Positions 18,135 through 28,000 of a DNA stretch of 64,000 nt are shown piece by piece. Numbering within the stretch: the stretch's first letter is position 1; each line of letters starts with the position of its first letter. The position numbers and the translations under genes were made by a program. The notes below the pieces were generated by a model. That model worked only from the letters and a program-made list of their open reading frames with translations. It ran no database searches and was not told the origin of the DNA. Source of the stretch: Candidatus Omnitrophota bacterium (GTDB lineage Bacteria > Omnitrophota > Gorgyraeia > Zapsychrales > JANLHA01). The stretch is taken from positions 13,749 through 77,748 of the forward strand of contig JACKFJ010000007.1 in NCBI GenBank assembly GCA_020632535.1, read 5' to 3'.

Positions 18135-18862
18135 AACTTTACGGTCGTAATCCTGTTCTAGAGCGAATTAAATCGAATCCGCGGAGTATTTTAAAAATCT
18201 TTGTTCAGGCGGGCCATCCGGAATCAGCTTACGTTCATGAAAAAGCTAAGAAATATGGCATTCCTGTGAATGTGGTTCCGGGATCGAAAATGTTAAAGTT
18301 GGCGCGTGATGTGAATTCGCAAGGTTTGCTCGCGGAAATTGAAAAATTTTCATATTTGCCTTTACCGGATGTTCTTGAGGCCGCAAAAAAGAAAAATGCT
18401 ACGCTGGTTTTTCTTGATGAGCTCAATGATCCTCAGAATTTAGGCGGTATTATGCGCAGTCTTGGTTGTTTGGGAGATTTTTATATTGTTTTACCGACGC
18501 ATCATTCGGTTGAAGTCACGGAAACCGTTTTGCGTGTGGCCTGTGGCGGTGATAATTATGTGGGGGTCAGCAAGGTTGCTAATATTGCAATTGCGCTTGC
18601 TAAAGCCAAAGAAGAAGGGTTTTGGATTGCCGGTTCCGTTGTCAAAGATGGACAGGATTTGATGGAAACCAGATTTCAATTTCCACTCGCGCTTGTTATT
18701 GGTTCCGAGCAAAAAGGAATTCGTGATGTGATTCGTAAACAGTTGGATTTGTTGGTCACAATTCCGATGGCAAACGCGCGTATGTCATTAAACGCGGCAC
18801 ACGCGACTACGATATTATGCTATGAGATTTTACGTCAACGTAAAAATGATACATCGCGATGA
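18131..18862 (+). CDS. rlmB: SpoU/TrmH-family rRNA 2'-O-methyltransferase (RlmB-like)
   Basis: LYGRNPVLE substrate-binding N-domain plus SPOUT motifs (LDELNDPQNLGGIMRS, LVIGSEQKGI, SLNAAHA). Confidence 0.8.
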   Translation: MKLYGRNPVLERIKSNPRSILKIFVQAGHPESAYVHEKAKKYGIPVNVVPGSKMLKLARDVNSQGLLAEIEKFSYLPLPDVLEAAKKKNATLVFLDELNDPQNLGGIMRSLGCLGDFYIVLPTHHSVEVTETVLRVACGGDNYVGVSKVANIAIALAKAKEEGFWIAGSVVKDGQDLMETRFQFPLALVIGSEQKGIRDVIRKQLDLLVTIPMANARMSLNAAHATTILCYEILRQRKNDTSR

Positions 18863-19476
18863 AAAAGACTAAGTCAAAAGTGTTAAAAAGTAAATCCCAG
18901 CCATCATTAGAAGCTGCGGTTGATTTTTTTGCTGAAGCTGGTCTTTTGAAGCATGTGAAGCGAAGCGGTTGGTGGGTCGCTGGTATCAAAGATCCTGAAT
19001 CGGTCGCGGAACATTGTTTTCGCACGGCAGTGATGGGTTTTTATCTTGCGCATCTCGAAAATATTGACCCTTACAAAGTTGTGGTGATGGCGCTTTTTAA
19101 CGATATTCATGAATCGCGGATTAATGATTTGCACAAAATGGGGCATTATTATATTGATTTTAAGGGCGCGGAAAAAAAAGTTTTTAAGGATCAAGTCGCT
19201 AATATCGACGGGAATATACGTTTGGTTCTTGAAAAGATGCGCAAAGATTATGATGAGCAGCAGACTAAAGAAAGTATTGTTGCGCGTGATGCGGATATTC
19301 TTGAATGTCTTTTACAGGCCAAGGAATACTATGATCGAGGGCATACGGGCGCCAAGCTTTTCTTTAAGCGGGCGCCGGGATATTTGAAAACGAAAAGCGC
19401 GCAAGCGATGTGGAAGAGCATTGCCAAGTGGGACAGCCATGGATGGTGGCAAAATGTTGTGAAATTTGAGCGATGA
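18859..19476 (+). CDS. HD-domain phosphohydrolase (YfbR-like 5'-deoxynucleotidase family)
   Basis: ESVAEHCFRTA and NDIHESRINDL metal-binding H..HD..D pattern. Confidence 0.7.
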   Translation: MKKTKSKVLKSKSQPSLEAAVDFFAEAGLLKHVKRSGWWVAGIKDPESVAEHCFRTAVMGFYLAHLENIDPYKVVVMALFNDIHESRINDLHKMGHYYIDFKGAEKKVFKDQVANIDGNIRLVLEKMRKDYDEQQTKESIVARDADILECLLQAKEYYDRGHTGAKLFFKRAPGYLKTKSAQAMWKSIAKWDSHGWWQNVVKFER

Positions 19477-20249
19477 GCTTTAAGGTTGAATTAGATATGA
19501 ATATAAAAATTATATTAACTTTTCTGATAGCTGTAACAATGAGTGGGTGCGCATCGCTTGGGAGTTATAATGCCGCGACTGGGCGCCAAGAATTGATTTT
19601 TATTTCCACGCCCCAAGAAGTCGCGATGGGTCAAACTGTACATAAGCAGATTACAGCAACGGAAAAACTTTCCAAAGATAGTGAACTTATTGCTCGTGTT
19701 AATCGCATTGGGAAGAAAGTTGCGTCAGCGTCAGACCGGCAGGACTATCAGTATCATTTTTATGTTATTGAGAAGAATGAAATTAATGCTTACACCGTGC
19801 CGGGTGGGGGTATTTATATATACACGGGATTGTTAAATGAGTTAAAGAGTGACGATGAAATTGCCGCGGTTTTGGGACACGAAATTGGTCATTGTGCGGC
19901 TCGTCATACGGTTAAGAAATTTCAAGCGGCACTGGGATATGATTTTTTAAGCGAAATTGTTTTGAGTAAGGTTGATCAGCAGATGCAGCAGCTTGCCGCC
20001 ATGGGTTCTGGCGCGGTGATGACGCTCGTTACATCAGCGTATAGCCGCAGTGATGAATATCAAGCTGATCAATTAGGACTTAAATATATGCGGCGCGCGG
20101 GTTATGATTTAAATGGCATGGTTAAAAGTTTTGAGGTTCTTGCGAAAGAAGGAGGTGGGGGAAGCACGCCGCTTATTTTGCGGACGCATCCTTATATCGC
20201 TGATCGTATCAAGGCTGTTAAAGAAGAAATCGCCAAATCTCACAATTAA
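19473..20249 (+). CDS. M48-family zinc metalloprotease lipoprotein
   Basis: HEIGHCAARH zinc site, lipobox TMSGC, and a downstream E..AD motif (SDEYQADQLG). Confidence 0.85.
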   Translation: MSFKVELDMNIKIILTFLIAVTMSGCASLGSYNAATGRQELIFISTPQEVAMGQTVHKQITATEKLSKDSELIARVNRIGKKVASASDRQDYQYHFYVIEKNEINAYTVPGGGIYIYTGLLNELKSDDEIAAVLGHEIGHCAARHTVKKFQAALGYDFLSEIVLSKVDQQMQQLAAMGSGAVMTLVTSAYSRSDEYQADQLGLKYMRRAGYDLNGMVKSFEVLAKEGGGGSTPLILRTHPYIADRIKAVKEEIAKSHN

Positions 20250-20261
20250 AGAGGATATAAG

Positions 20262-20552
20262 ATGGAACGAATTGGAATCGCGGCCAGCAAGATTGCCAAA
20301 GGGAATTTATTTCTTTATAACGTATATGTGATCGTTTTGTCTTTTTTGTTATCATTGCTGCTATTTTTATTAGCCGGCTCGGCAATTTTTCTTGGTTTAT
20401 GGGTCATCCGTTTAGTGATTGGACCGTTAATTCCGTCAATGAGTCAAAAACTTTGGAATGTGATTTTTAGTTTTTCATTAATTTCGCTGACGTTTGTCGT
20501 GACATCAGTAAGTTTGGTCGCGGTTTCCAAGAACATTAAATTTAAAAAGTGA
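20262..20552 (+). CDS. small 3-TM membrane protein, function unknown
   Basis: AGAGGA SD, hydrophobic segments, no overlap with neighbouring genes. Confidence 0.4.
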   Translation: MERIGIAASKIAKGNLFLYNVYVIVLSFLLSLLLFLLAGSAIFLGLWVIRLVIGPLIPSMSQKLWNVIFSFSLISLTFVVTSVSLVAVSKNIKFKK

Positions 20553-20565
20553 TCTTTTTGTCCTT

Positions 20566-22863
20566 ATGAGTTTAGCAAGCCCTATATTGTGGTCAGATGT
20601 CCGACCGTTAATGGATGCCATGCCTGTTGGTGTTTTTCGGATTGATCTTGAGAACAAGCGCGCTTTTATTTTTGCGAATGATTGTCTAAATCGTATTCTC
20701 ACGTATACGATTGCTGAGATTCAATCACTTTCTTGTGATGCGATATTCCCAGATAAAACGATTTTGCGCGCATTGATCGATCAGGCGATCAAGGATGGTT
20801 CTGCGTTTTGTCCGGAGATCGCTGTTCTGACGAAAACAAAACGTTCATTGTCCTGTTCACTTTCTTTGGTGGCAGTTAAGGAAGACAAATCCAAAGTTCG
20901 GTTTATCGACGGTATTTTGCAGGATCTTTCCGGCATTAAGCGGGTTGAGCGTGATTTTAAAGAATCAAAGGAACTTTTTCAGACGGTTTTTAATAGTTCC
21001 GCGGTTGCCATTATTGTCGCGGATGAATTTGGTAAAATTACAGCGTGGAATCCTTTTGTTCAGGAAATGCTTGAAATGGAAAAGATTGATATTTTCAATA
21101 AGGATGCGTGCGAACTTTATCCGCCCCAGGAATGGGATCGTATGCTTGCGCTGCGCAGCAAGGAAACCGGAATGGTTACGGATATTGAAACACAGGTTTA
21201 TAAGAAAGGCGGCGTTGCTTTAGATGTCGCCCTCTCATTGTCGTTTATCAGGGACAGTGAGCAAAAAGTTATTGGAACGATTGCAATTTTGCGTGATATG
21301 ACAAAACAAAAAATCGCGGAACGTAAGATTCGCGAGTCGGAAAATAAAATCCGTATTATTCTCGATCATTCCGCGGCGGCAATCACGTTGACTGATGAAC
21401 AGGAAAGGATTATTTCTTGGAATCGCTTCACGGAGCAAATGTTGGGCAAGACCAAAGACGATATTTATTTGCAGCATATCAGCAGTTTGTATCCAGAAGA
21501 TGAATGGAAAAAAATTCGTGCGGAAGGTATTCGTAAAACGGGTTCACGTCATCATTTCGAAACACGCGCGATTAAGAAAGATGGCACGATTATCGACGTG
21601 GATCTTTCTGTTAATATTCTTAAGGATTCCAATGATAATATTGTCGGATCTGTCGGTATCATGCAGGATATTACTGAACAGAAAAAAGTGCAGCAGATGC
21701 TCGTCAAAGCGAAAATAGCGGCGGAAGAAGCTAATAACTCCAAAAGCTTATTTTTGGCGAATATGTCGCATGAAGTTCGCACGCCGATGAATACGATTTT
21801 AGGGTTAGTCGACCTGACGCTTGATACACAGGGATTGACAGTCGAGCAACGAGATAATTTAAGTACAATTAAGAATGCGGGTGATGTTTTATTGAGCCTT
21901 CTTAATGATATTTTAGATCTTTCACGCGTTGAGGCTGGGAAAATTCAACTTGAAAATATTGAATTGAGTCTTTCGAATATTGTGCAAAGTGTCTGTAAAG
22001 GGCTTGAAGTTTTGTCGCGTCAAAAGAAATTGGAACTTGTTCGTGAGGTGGATTCATCCATTCCTGAAGTATTGATAGGTGACCCGGTGCGCATTCGTCA
22101 GATTTTGGTCAATTTGATTAACAATGCCATTAAATTTACATTTCAGGGGCAGATCACTACGCGGGTGAAGTTGATTAATATTGTTGATGGTGTGTGCGAA
22201 TTGCAATTTTCGGTTAAGGACCAAGGGGTAGGAATTCCGAAGGATAAAGTTGAAACAATTTTTGAAGCTTTTACTCAGGCGGACGCGTCGACTACGAGGC
22301 GTTTTGGCGGAACTGGTCTAGGTTTGGCAATTTCGAAACGGCTTGTTGAAATGATGGGAGGGCGGATCTGGGCTGAAAGTGAAGAGTTTCAGGGTAGTAC
22401 ATTTATTTTTACCGCGAAATTTCGTGTTGCAGAAAATGTTAAAGCCGTCACGGCTGAAGCGGTCGAAGCAGTGCCAGTTATCAAAGAGACAAAAAATCTT
22501 CGGGTCCTTTTAGCGGAAGACAATGTTGTTAATCAGAAAATTGCGGCTAAAATGCTTGAAAAGAAGGGATGGTTTGTCAAGGGCGCGGAAAACGGCAAGC
22601 AAGTTCTGGAGTATTTGGAGCAGGAACAATTTGATGTTATTCTCATGGACGCGCAAATGCCGGTTCTCGATGGATTTGAAGCAACTCGGCTTATTCGTGA
22701 GGCAGAACAGAAAACAGGTAAGCATATTCCAATTGTCGCGTTGACCGCTCACGCTATGGCCGGAGACAGGCAAAAATGTTTAGACGCGGGAATGGATGGA
22801 TATGTTTCGAAGCCGATTGATCGGCAAAAATTATATGAAGCTGTTGAAAGTGTCGTAACGTAA
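20566..22863 (+). CDS. hybrid sensor histidine kinase / response regulator with multiple PAS domains
   Basis: Three PAS-like repeats, the H-box MSHEVRTPMN, N/G boxes (NLINNAIKFT, DQGVGI, GGTGLGLAI) and a C-terminal receiver (LLAEDN...DAQMPVLDG...KP). Confidence 0.9.
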   Translation: MSLASPILWSDVRPLMDAMPVGVFRIDLENKRAFIFANDCLNRILTYTIAEIQSLSCDAIFPDKTILRALIDQAIKDGSAFCPEIAVLTKTKRSLSCSLSLVAVKEDKSKVRFIDGILQDLSGIKRVERDFKESKELFQTVFNSSAVAIIVADEFGKITAWNPFVQEMLEMEKIDIFNKDACELYPPQEWDRMLALRSKETGMVTDIETQVYKKGGVALDVALSLSFIRDSEQKVIGTIAILRDMTKQKIAERKIRESENKIRIILDHSAAAITLTDEQERIISWNRFTEQMLGKTKDDIYLQHISSLYPEDEWKKIRAEGIRKTGSRHHFETRAIKKDGTIIDVDLSVNILKDSNDNIVGSVGIMQDITEQKKVQQMLVKAKIAAEEANNSKSLFLANMSHEVRTPMNTILGLVDLTLDTQGLTVEQRDNLSTIKNAGDVLLSLLNDILDLSRVEAGKIQLENIELSLSNIVQSVCKGLEVLSRQKKLELVREVDSSIPEVLIGDPVRIRQILVNLINNAIKFTFQGQITTRVKLINIVDGVCELQFSVKDQGVGIPKDKVETIFEAFTQADASTTRRFGGTGLGLAISKRLVEMMGGRIWAESEEFQGSTFIFTAKFRVAENVKAVTAEAVEAVPVIKETKNLRVLLAEDNVVNQKIAAKMLEKKGWFVKGAENGKQVLEYLEQEQFDVILMDAQMPVLDGFEATRLIREAEQKTGKHIPIVALTAHAMAGDRQKCLDAGMDGYVSKPIDRQKLYEAVESVVT

Positions 22864-22882
22864 TATTAAAAAAGGAATATTC

Positions 22883-23236
22883 ATGAGTGAAGAAGTCATT
22901 GATTTACCGGAAGTCATGGAACGCGTTCAGGATGATAAAGAGCTTTTGCTCGAGCTGTTTGAAATCTTTACAAAAGATTATGTTCAGAAAACGCAGACAT
23001 TGCGGAGTGCGATTACAGAAAAGAATTTTGAGGTGATTAAAGATATTGTTCACTCAATTAAAGGCGCGGCCGGAAATATTTCCGCTAAGGCTGTACATGC
23101 CACGTGCTTGAATATTGAAAAATTATCAGCGGAAAAGAATATCTCTGCTATTGAGTCAACCGTTCCGGTACTCGATGGAAACTTTAAGATATTGCAGACC
23201 CGTATGGCGGAAATTAAAAAAGAGTTTGGTTCTTGA
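22883..23236 (+). CDS. Hpt-domain phosphotransfer protein
   Basis: 117 aa with the HSIKGAAGNISA phospho-histidine motif. Confidence 0.8.
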   Translation: MSEEVIDLPEVMERVQDDKELLLELFEIFTKDYVQKTQTLRSAITEKNFEVIKDIVHSIKGAAGNISAKAVHATCLNIEKLSAEKNISAIESTVPVLDGNFKILQTRMAEIKKEFGS

Positions 23237-23256
23237 ACCCAAATTGAGGTTTTGAA

Positions 23257-24255
23257 ATGCGCTCAATAATTGTTGCCACTGTTTTATTGCTCGTGCTTTT
23301 GACTTGCGTTTTCTATTATGTGTGTTTTACGCCGGCGCTTGTTTCGAAAGCAATACCAGCGGTAGTGGAAAAGTATTTTCCCAATGCCACATTGCAGTCT
23401 CTGCATATCGGCGGTCAGAGTTTTAAATATTCTGAAACTCTTAAACTTTCGGATATCACAGCACAGGTACAATGGAATGATCGTATTTACCAGTTTGACA
23501 TTGATGAGTTGAATTTCACAAACTTTATGACTTTTACGAAAGAAAAGAAGTTGGCCGCATTGAGTTCGAGTGGGTTTACTTTTAAGAAAGACGGTTTTGA
23601 GATTCATAATGCCGCTTTCAATGTTAATCTTCAACTTGGCGCGAATTCTGTGGATAGTTTTGAATGCCAATTGCTCGACGGTAAAATTGATTTGATGCCA
23701 TATCAATTGACAAATGTACAAGCCAAACTTCAGGGCAGTAAATTAGGTTTGACGATAACTGAAATTAAGGCTCAAGCTTATGGCGGACAGACGAAGGGGC
23801 AAATCAAATTGACTTTTTCGCCAAAATCTTCGGAAAATATCGAGATGGAATTTAACGGTGTTAAAAGTGATGCTTTGCAAGTGATATACAAGACAATTTT
23901 TTCGCAATTAACGGGCGAATTCAACGGCAAGATACGGTTAAGTCGCGTTGATCAACAAATTCAGGTTTTTGCCGTTTTGGCGGATATGTCTCGCGGTGGC
24001 ACGATGAAATCGACGTTGGCTAAGAAGATTATTAATTATATGACGGATGAAGAAAACCGTTATGATCTTACGAGTCTGCTTGAGAAAAAAGGTGAATTTG
24101 CTTTTGATGCGGGCGAGTTTCGCATCCTCAATGTTAATCAAAACATTGCCGCGATTACAGTGACTTTAAATGATAAGAAGCAAAATCTGCGCGTCCATGA
24201 AACTATCAATATGGATATTTCCCGAGTTCTTCAGAAAACTGCTTGGAAAAATTAA
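23257..24255 (+). CDS. membrane-anchored protein, possibly AsmA-like
   Basis: N-terminal TM helix, beta-rich sequence, and AQAYGGQTKGQIKL resembling the AsmA-family repeat motif. Weak assignment. Confidence 0.35.
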   Translation: MRSIIVATVLLLVLLTCVFYYVCFTPALVSKAIPAVVEKYFPNATLQSLHIGGQSFKYSETLKLSDITAQVQWNDRIYQFDIDELNFTNFMTFTKEKKLAALSSSGFTFKKDGFEIHNAAFNVNLQLGANSVDSFECQLLDGKIDLMPYQLTNVQAKLQGSKLGLTITEIKAQAYGGQTKGQIKLTFSPKSSENIEMEFNGVKSDALQVIYKTIFSQLTGEFNGKIRLSRVDQQIQVFAVLADMSRGGTMKSTLAKKIINYMTDEENRYDLTSLLEKKGEFAFDAGEFRILNVNQNIAAITVTLNDKKQNLRVHETINMDISRVLQKTAWKN

Positions 24256-24258
24256 GTC

Positions 24259-26043
24259 ATGCGCAATGCCCTTTTAGCGTTATTGATTCTCGGAACAGCG
24301 AGTTATTTTAACGCTGTCGGTAATCCTTTTGTTCATGACGATATTGTTTTTATTTTAGAAAACCCTAAAGTTCACGATATTGCCAGTATATCGAGTGTGT
24401 TTGCTCCAAATTCTTTTGTTGCGCATGATATTGCCTTAGCGAATCCTTATTATCGCCCATTTCTGGATATTGTTTATCGTTTAGAATATTGGTTGTTTGG
24501 CAAATCTGCAGTCGGTTATCATTTGGTAAATATTCTTTTGCATTTTGCGAATGCGGTGCTGATCTTTGTTTTGAGTTTGCGTTTAACTCAGCGGCGAGGA
24601 TTTGCTTGGTGTGTCGCGGCCTTATTTTTAGTTCATCCTGTGCAGACGGAAAGCGTCGCTTGCATTTCGGGGATTTCCAACCTGTTGTTTTCGTTTTTTA
24701 TGCTTTGCGCATTATTGCAATATATGCGTACCGCCGATCAAAATCAAGAATACAGCTTGGGCAAGGAAGTCGTCAATTACAGTACGGCTCTCGTTTTTTT
24801 TGGCGCGGCCTTATTAAGTAAAGAACAGGCGATTGTTTTACCGTTGATTGTTTTGCTTTATGAATTTGCTTTTCCACGTCTTTCTGGAAAGAATAATGCC
24901 GGCTGGCGTTTGCGTTTTTCCGGTTTGATCATTGTCGCGGGAGGTTATTTGCTTTGGCGTAAACTGATCACGGGGGGATTTGCAACATCATTGATCGCGA
25001 ATGTGGGCGAGTTTTATTTGCGGCTTAAGTCACTTGCGGGAATTGTTCTTAATCATCTGCACACTATTTTTTGGCCGATGGATCTCCATTATTATCGCAG
25101 CTACGATATTCTCTTACCATGGTTGTGGCCAATGGTTGGTCTGGTGTTTCTTGTCTTTGCTTGCATTTTGATATGGCGTGTTTTACCGAGAAGTCGTCAG
25201 CCGCTTTTTGCTTTTGGTCTTGGGTGGTTCGTTATTACTCTTTTACCGACGACAAGCATTATTCCATTGGTTCACGAATATTCCTTTATCGCGGCGTTTG
25301 AACATTTTCTTTATTTGCCGCTCGTTGGTATTTTGTGGAGCACTTTGGTTGTGTTGGAGTATTTCAGTGAACATGTTTTTCATAAAAGCAGTGTGCGATT
25401 AAAGAAAATAGTTATGGCTGTTGTTTTGGGTATTTGTGTTCTTCTGACATTTGTGCAGACGAAGATGTGGGCGTCAGAAACGGCGTTGTTTGAAAAAGCG
25501 GCACATTATGAAAATGATTTAGGGCGTGTGCATCTTCTTTTGGCGAAAGCATATTTTTCGCAACATGATTATCAAAAAGCAAAGGCTGAATTTTTAACAG
25601 CACGCAATATTATGACGAACTATTTGCAAAAAATACAAGATCAGCGTGTTAAACCATTTTATGTTGGGTTCTTAAAAGAAAGTCTTTTGGGAATTGCCGC
25701 TTGTGAGGAAGCGGTTGGAAACTTGGCGGGGGCAAAAGAGCAGTATGAGAAAATTGTAGTTATTGCTCCAGAGGATAGTGACGTGCAAAATTATTTCGGG
25801 TACATTATGGTTCGAATGGAAAAATGGGATGACGCGGTGATTCATTTTGAGCAGGCGTTAAAAATTAATCCGCGTAATGCACAGGCGCTCGCAAATTTAG
25901 GAGTGTGTTTTATTCAGTTGCAGGAGCCGGACAAAGGTGAAGAATATCTTCGGCGTTCTTTAGCGATTGATCCAAATTTGATTTCTGCTCGACAGAATTT
26001 AGAATTCTTATTAAAACAAAATGACATGAAGGATCATCCGTGA
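24259..26043 (+). CDS. TMTC-like GT-C membrane protein with C-terminal TPR repeats (putative protein O-glycosyltransferase)
   Basis: N-terminal motif GNPFVHDDIVFILENP...YYRPF...GYHLVNILLHF, about 10 TM helices, then TPR repeats (AKAYFSQHDYQKA..., ALKINPRNAQALANLG). Confidence 0.65.
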   Translation: MRNALLALLILGTASYFNAVGNPFVHDDIVFILENPKVHDIASISSVFAPNSFVAHDIALANPYYRPFLDIVYRLEYWLFGKSAVGYHLVNILLHFANAVLIFVLSLRLTQRRGFAWCVAALFLVHPVQTESVACISGISNLLFSFFMLCALLQYMRTADQNQEYSLGKEVVNYSTALVFFGAALLSKEQAIVLPLIVLLYEFAFPRLSGKNNAGWRLRFSGLIIVAGGYLLWRKLITGGFATSLIANVGEFYLRLKSLAGIVLNHLHTIFWPMDLHYYRSYDILLPWLWPMVGLVFLVFACILIWRVLPRSRQPLFAFGLGWFVITLLPTTSIIPLVHEYSFIAAFEHFLYLPLVGILWSTLVVLEYFSEHVFHKSSVRLKKIVMAVVLGICVLLTFVQTKMWASETALFEKAAHYENDLGRVHLLLAKAYFSQHDYQKAKAEFLTARNIMTNYLQKIQDQRVKPFYVGFLKESLLGIAACEEAVGNLAGAKEQYEKIVVIAPEDSDVQNYFGYIMVRMEKWDDAVIHFEQALKINPRNAQALANLGVCFIQLQEPDKGEEYLRRSLAIDPNLISARQNLEFLLKQNDMKDHP

Positions 26044-26741
26044 CACTTTCATTTCAGATTATAACTGCTGGAATCGCGATTTTTGTTTTCGCTGTGATTG
26101 GTTTTCTTCTATTGACGCCGTCACAAAAGTCTAAGCGCAAGATTCGTCGTGCGGAAGGTAAAGCTAGCGCAGAAGAACAGCCCAGTAAAGATTGGCAGCA
26201 GGTGAGTTTGAAACTTGAACGGCATATTCAAGCTTTACGCAGGGACATTGAAGAATATCAGAAAAAGGAAAGAACGCTGGAGCGGAATTTGACGGTGCAA
26301 AAGGAAAAATATTCCAAGTTGCAGGAAAAATTAGCGCAAGAACGGGATTGGCAGAAAAAAGAAGAAGATGATATGGAGAAAAAGGCCAAAGAAATTGTAC
26401 TTTTAAAAGAGCAAAGACAGCAAATCGAACATGATTTGGGTGTGATGCATTCGGAGCGCTTGCGTTTTGAACGTCAATTGCGGGAAGCGCAAAGCGAAAG
26501 CGAATCTATAAACGCTGCTCGTCGGGAATTGGAGCTGCAGGTTGCGAAGTGGACAGCGGAAAATGAGAGCTTGCGGAAAGAATTGCGTGAAGTCAAGATG
26601 CAGAATATGAGATTATCTGAGAAAAAGGATGCTGAAAGCTGGGTTCCCAAAGAAGAATATGAAAAACTTGCTGCCGATTTACAGAATAAAGAAAAAGATT
26701 TGACCCGCCTGAAAGATCAACTTAAAAAAGAAGTTCTGTAG
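26040..26741 (+). CDS. membrane-anchored coiled-coil protein
   Basis: GTGA overlap start, one TM helix, then about 190 aa of E/K/Q/R-rich heptad-like sequence. Confidence 0.5.
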   Translation: MTLSFQIITAGIAIFVFAVIGFLLLTPSQKSKRKIRRAEGKASAEEQPSKDWQQVSLKLERHIQALRRDIEEYQKKERTLERNLTVQKEKYSKLQEKLAQERDWQKKEEDDMEKKAKEIVLLKEQRQQIEHDLGVMHSERLRFERQLREAQSESESINAARRELELQVAKWTAENESLRKELREVKMQNMRLSEKKDAESWVPKEEYEKLAADLQNKEKDLTRLKDQLKKEVL

Positions 26742-26759
26742 CTCCTCTCGAAATAGTGT

Positions 26760-26788
26760 TTGTCTCGCCGGGAAAAAACCGCTATAAT
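26760..26788 (+). promoter_or_regulatory. sigma70-like promoter candidate upstream of the aminotransferase
   Basis: TTGTCT (26760-26765), a 17-nt spacer, then TATAAT (26783-26788). Confidence 0.4.
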
Positions 26789-26813
26789 GACCGCTTTCAA
26801 AGGATAAAGAGCC

Positions 26814-27989
26814 ATGAGATTTGCCCGACGGACTGAGTGGGAGCTAACTCCGAATAAAATTACCGGTATTCTTGAGGATTTTAAGAAAAACGGTCAGAAA
26901 ATTTTAGATTTGACCGAGTCAAATCCTACCCGTTGTGGATTTGCGTATTCTCAGAATGGTCTTTTGAATCAGCTTGCGACGCCGGACAATATGCTTTATG
27001 TGCCGTTGACACAGGGGCTTCTATCTAGTCGACAAGCTATCGCGGCGTATTATCAAAATCAGAATATTGCGATATCGCCCGATCAGATTTTTTTAACGGC
27101 AAGTACATCGGAGGCTTATACATTTTTGTTTCGGCTTTTGGCTGATCCGGGGGATACGGTTCTTTTCCCGAGTCCGAGTTATCCTTTGTTTGATTTTCTT
27201 GTTGATCTCAATGATTTGGAAAGAGGCTTTTACCCATTGGTTTACAATGACACGTGGGTCGTGGATTTTGCGGAATTAGGGAATCATATTACGCGGCAAA
27301 CCAAAGCGATTGTTACGGTTAACCCTAATAATCCGACGGGAACATTTATTAAGAAGGAAGAATTAGCCCAGCTTAATAAAGTTTGTTGTGCCGCGCGTTG
27401 TGCTTTGATCAGTGATGAAGTTTTTTTTGATTATGCTTTTGACAGGAAAGCGCATTTTTTAAGTTTTGCCGCTAACACGGAAAATTTAACATTCACACTG
27501 GGTGGGCTTTCCAAAACGCTTGGTTTGCCACAAATGAAATTGTCATGGATTGTTGTGAATGGACCGCAGGATATGATGAGGGAAGCTATCGGCCGACTCG
27601 AAGTTATCGCGGACACATATTTGTCAGTGAATACGCCGGTACAAAATGCTTTGCCGTCTTGGTTGGCATCGCGGCCTGTTATTCAAGATGAAATTATGAA
27701 GCGTGTTTGTACAAACCGTGAATATTTGCTTAGGAATTTTACGGATCATCGTTTGGGAACGGTTTTACACGCTGATGGTGGATGGTATTTGATTTTAAAA
27801 TTAATAGGCAGTGTTGACGAGGAGGAGTTGATCGAACAACTTTTGCTTGAGGATCAAGTTTATGTTCATCCGGGATATTTTTTTAATTTTAATGAGGGAT
27901 CGTATTTGATTTTAAGCCTTTTACCGTTGACCAAAACTTTCTCGGAAGGCGTTACAAGGATTACAGCTCGACTAAAGAAACAATTATAA
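26814..27989 (+). CDS. class I/II PLP-dependent aminotransferase
   Basis: NPNNPTG and the SKTLGLPQMKLSW (PLP lysine) motifs; 391 aa. Confidence 0.8.
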   Translation: MRFARRTEWELTPNKITGILEDFKKNGQKILDLTESNPTRCGFAYSQNGLLNQLATPDNMLYVPLTQGLLSSRQAIAAYYQNQNIAISPDQIFLTASTSEAYTFLFRLLADPGDTVLFPSPSYPLFDFLVDLNDLERGFYPLVYNDTWVVDFAELGNHITRQTKAIVTVNPNNPTGTFIKKEELAQLNKVCCAARCALISDEVFFDYAFDRKAHFLSFAANTENLTFTLGGLSKTLGLPQMKLSWIVVNGPQDMMREAIGRLEVIADTYLSVNTPVQNALPSWLASRPVIQDEIMKRVCTNREYLLRNFTDHRLGTVLHADGGWYLILKLIGSVDEEELIEQLLLEDQVYVHPGYFFNFNEGSYLILSLLPLTKTFSEGVTRITARLKKQL

Positions 27990-28000
27990 GGGGTTTAATA

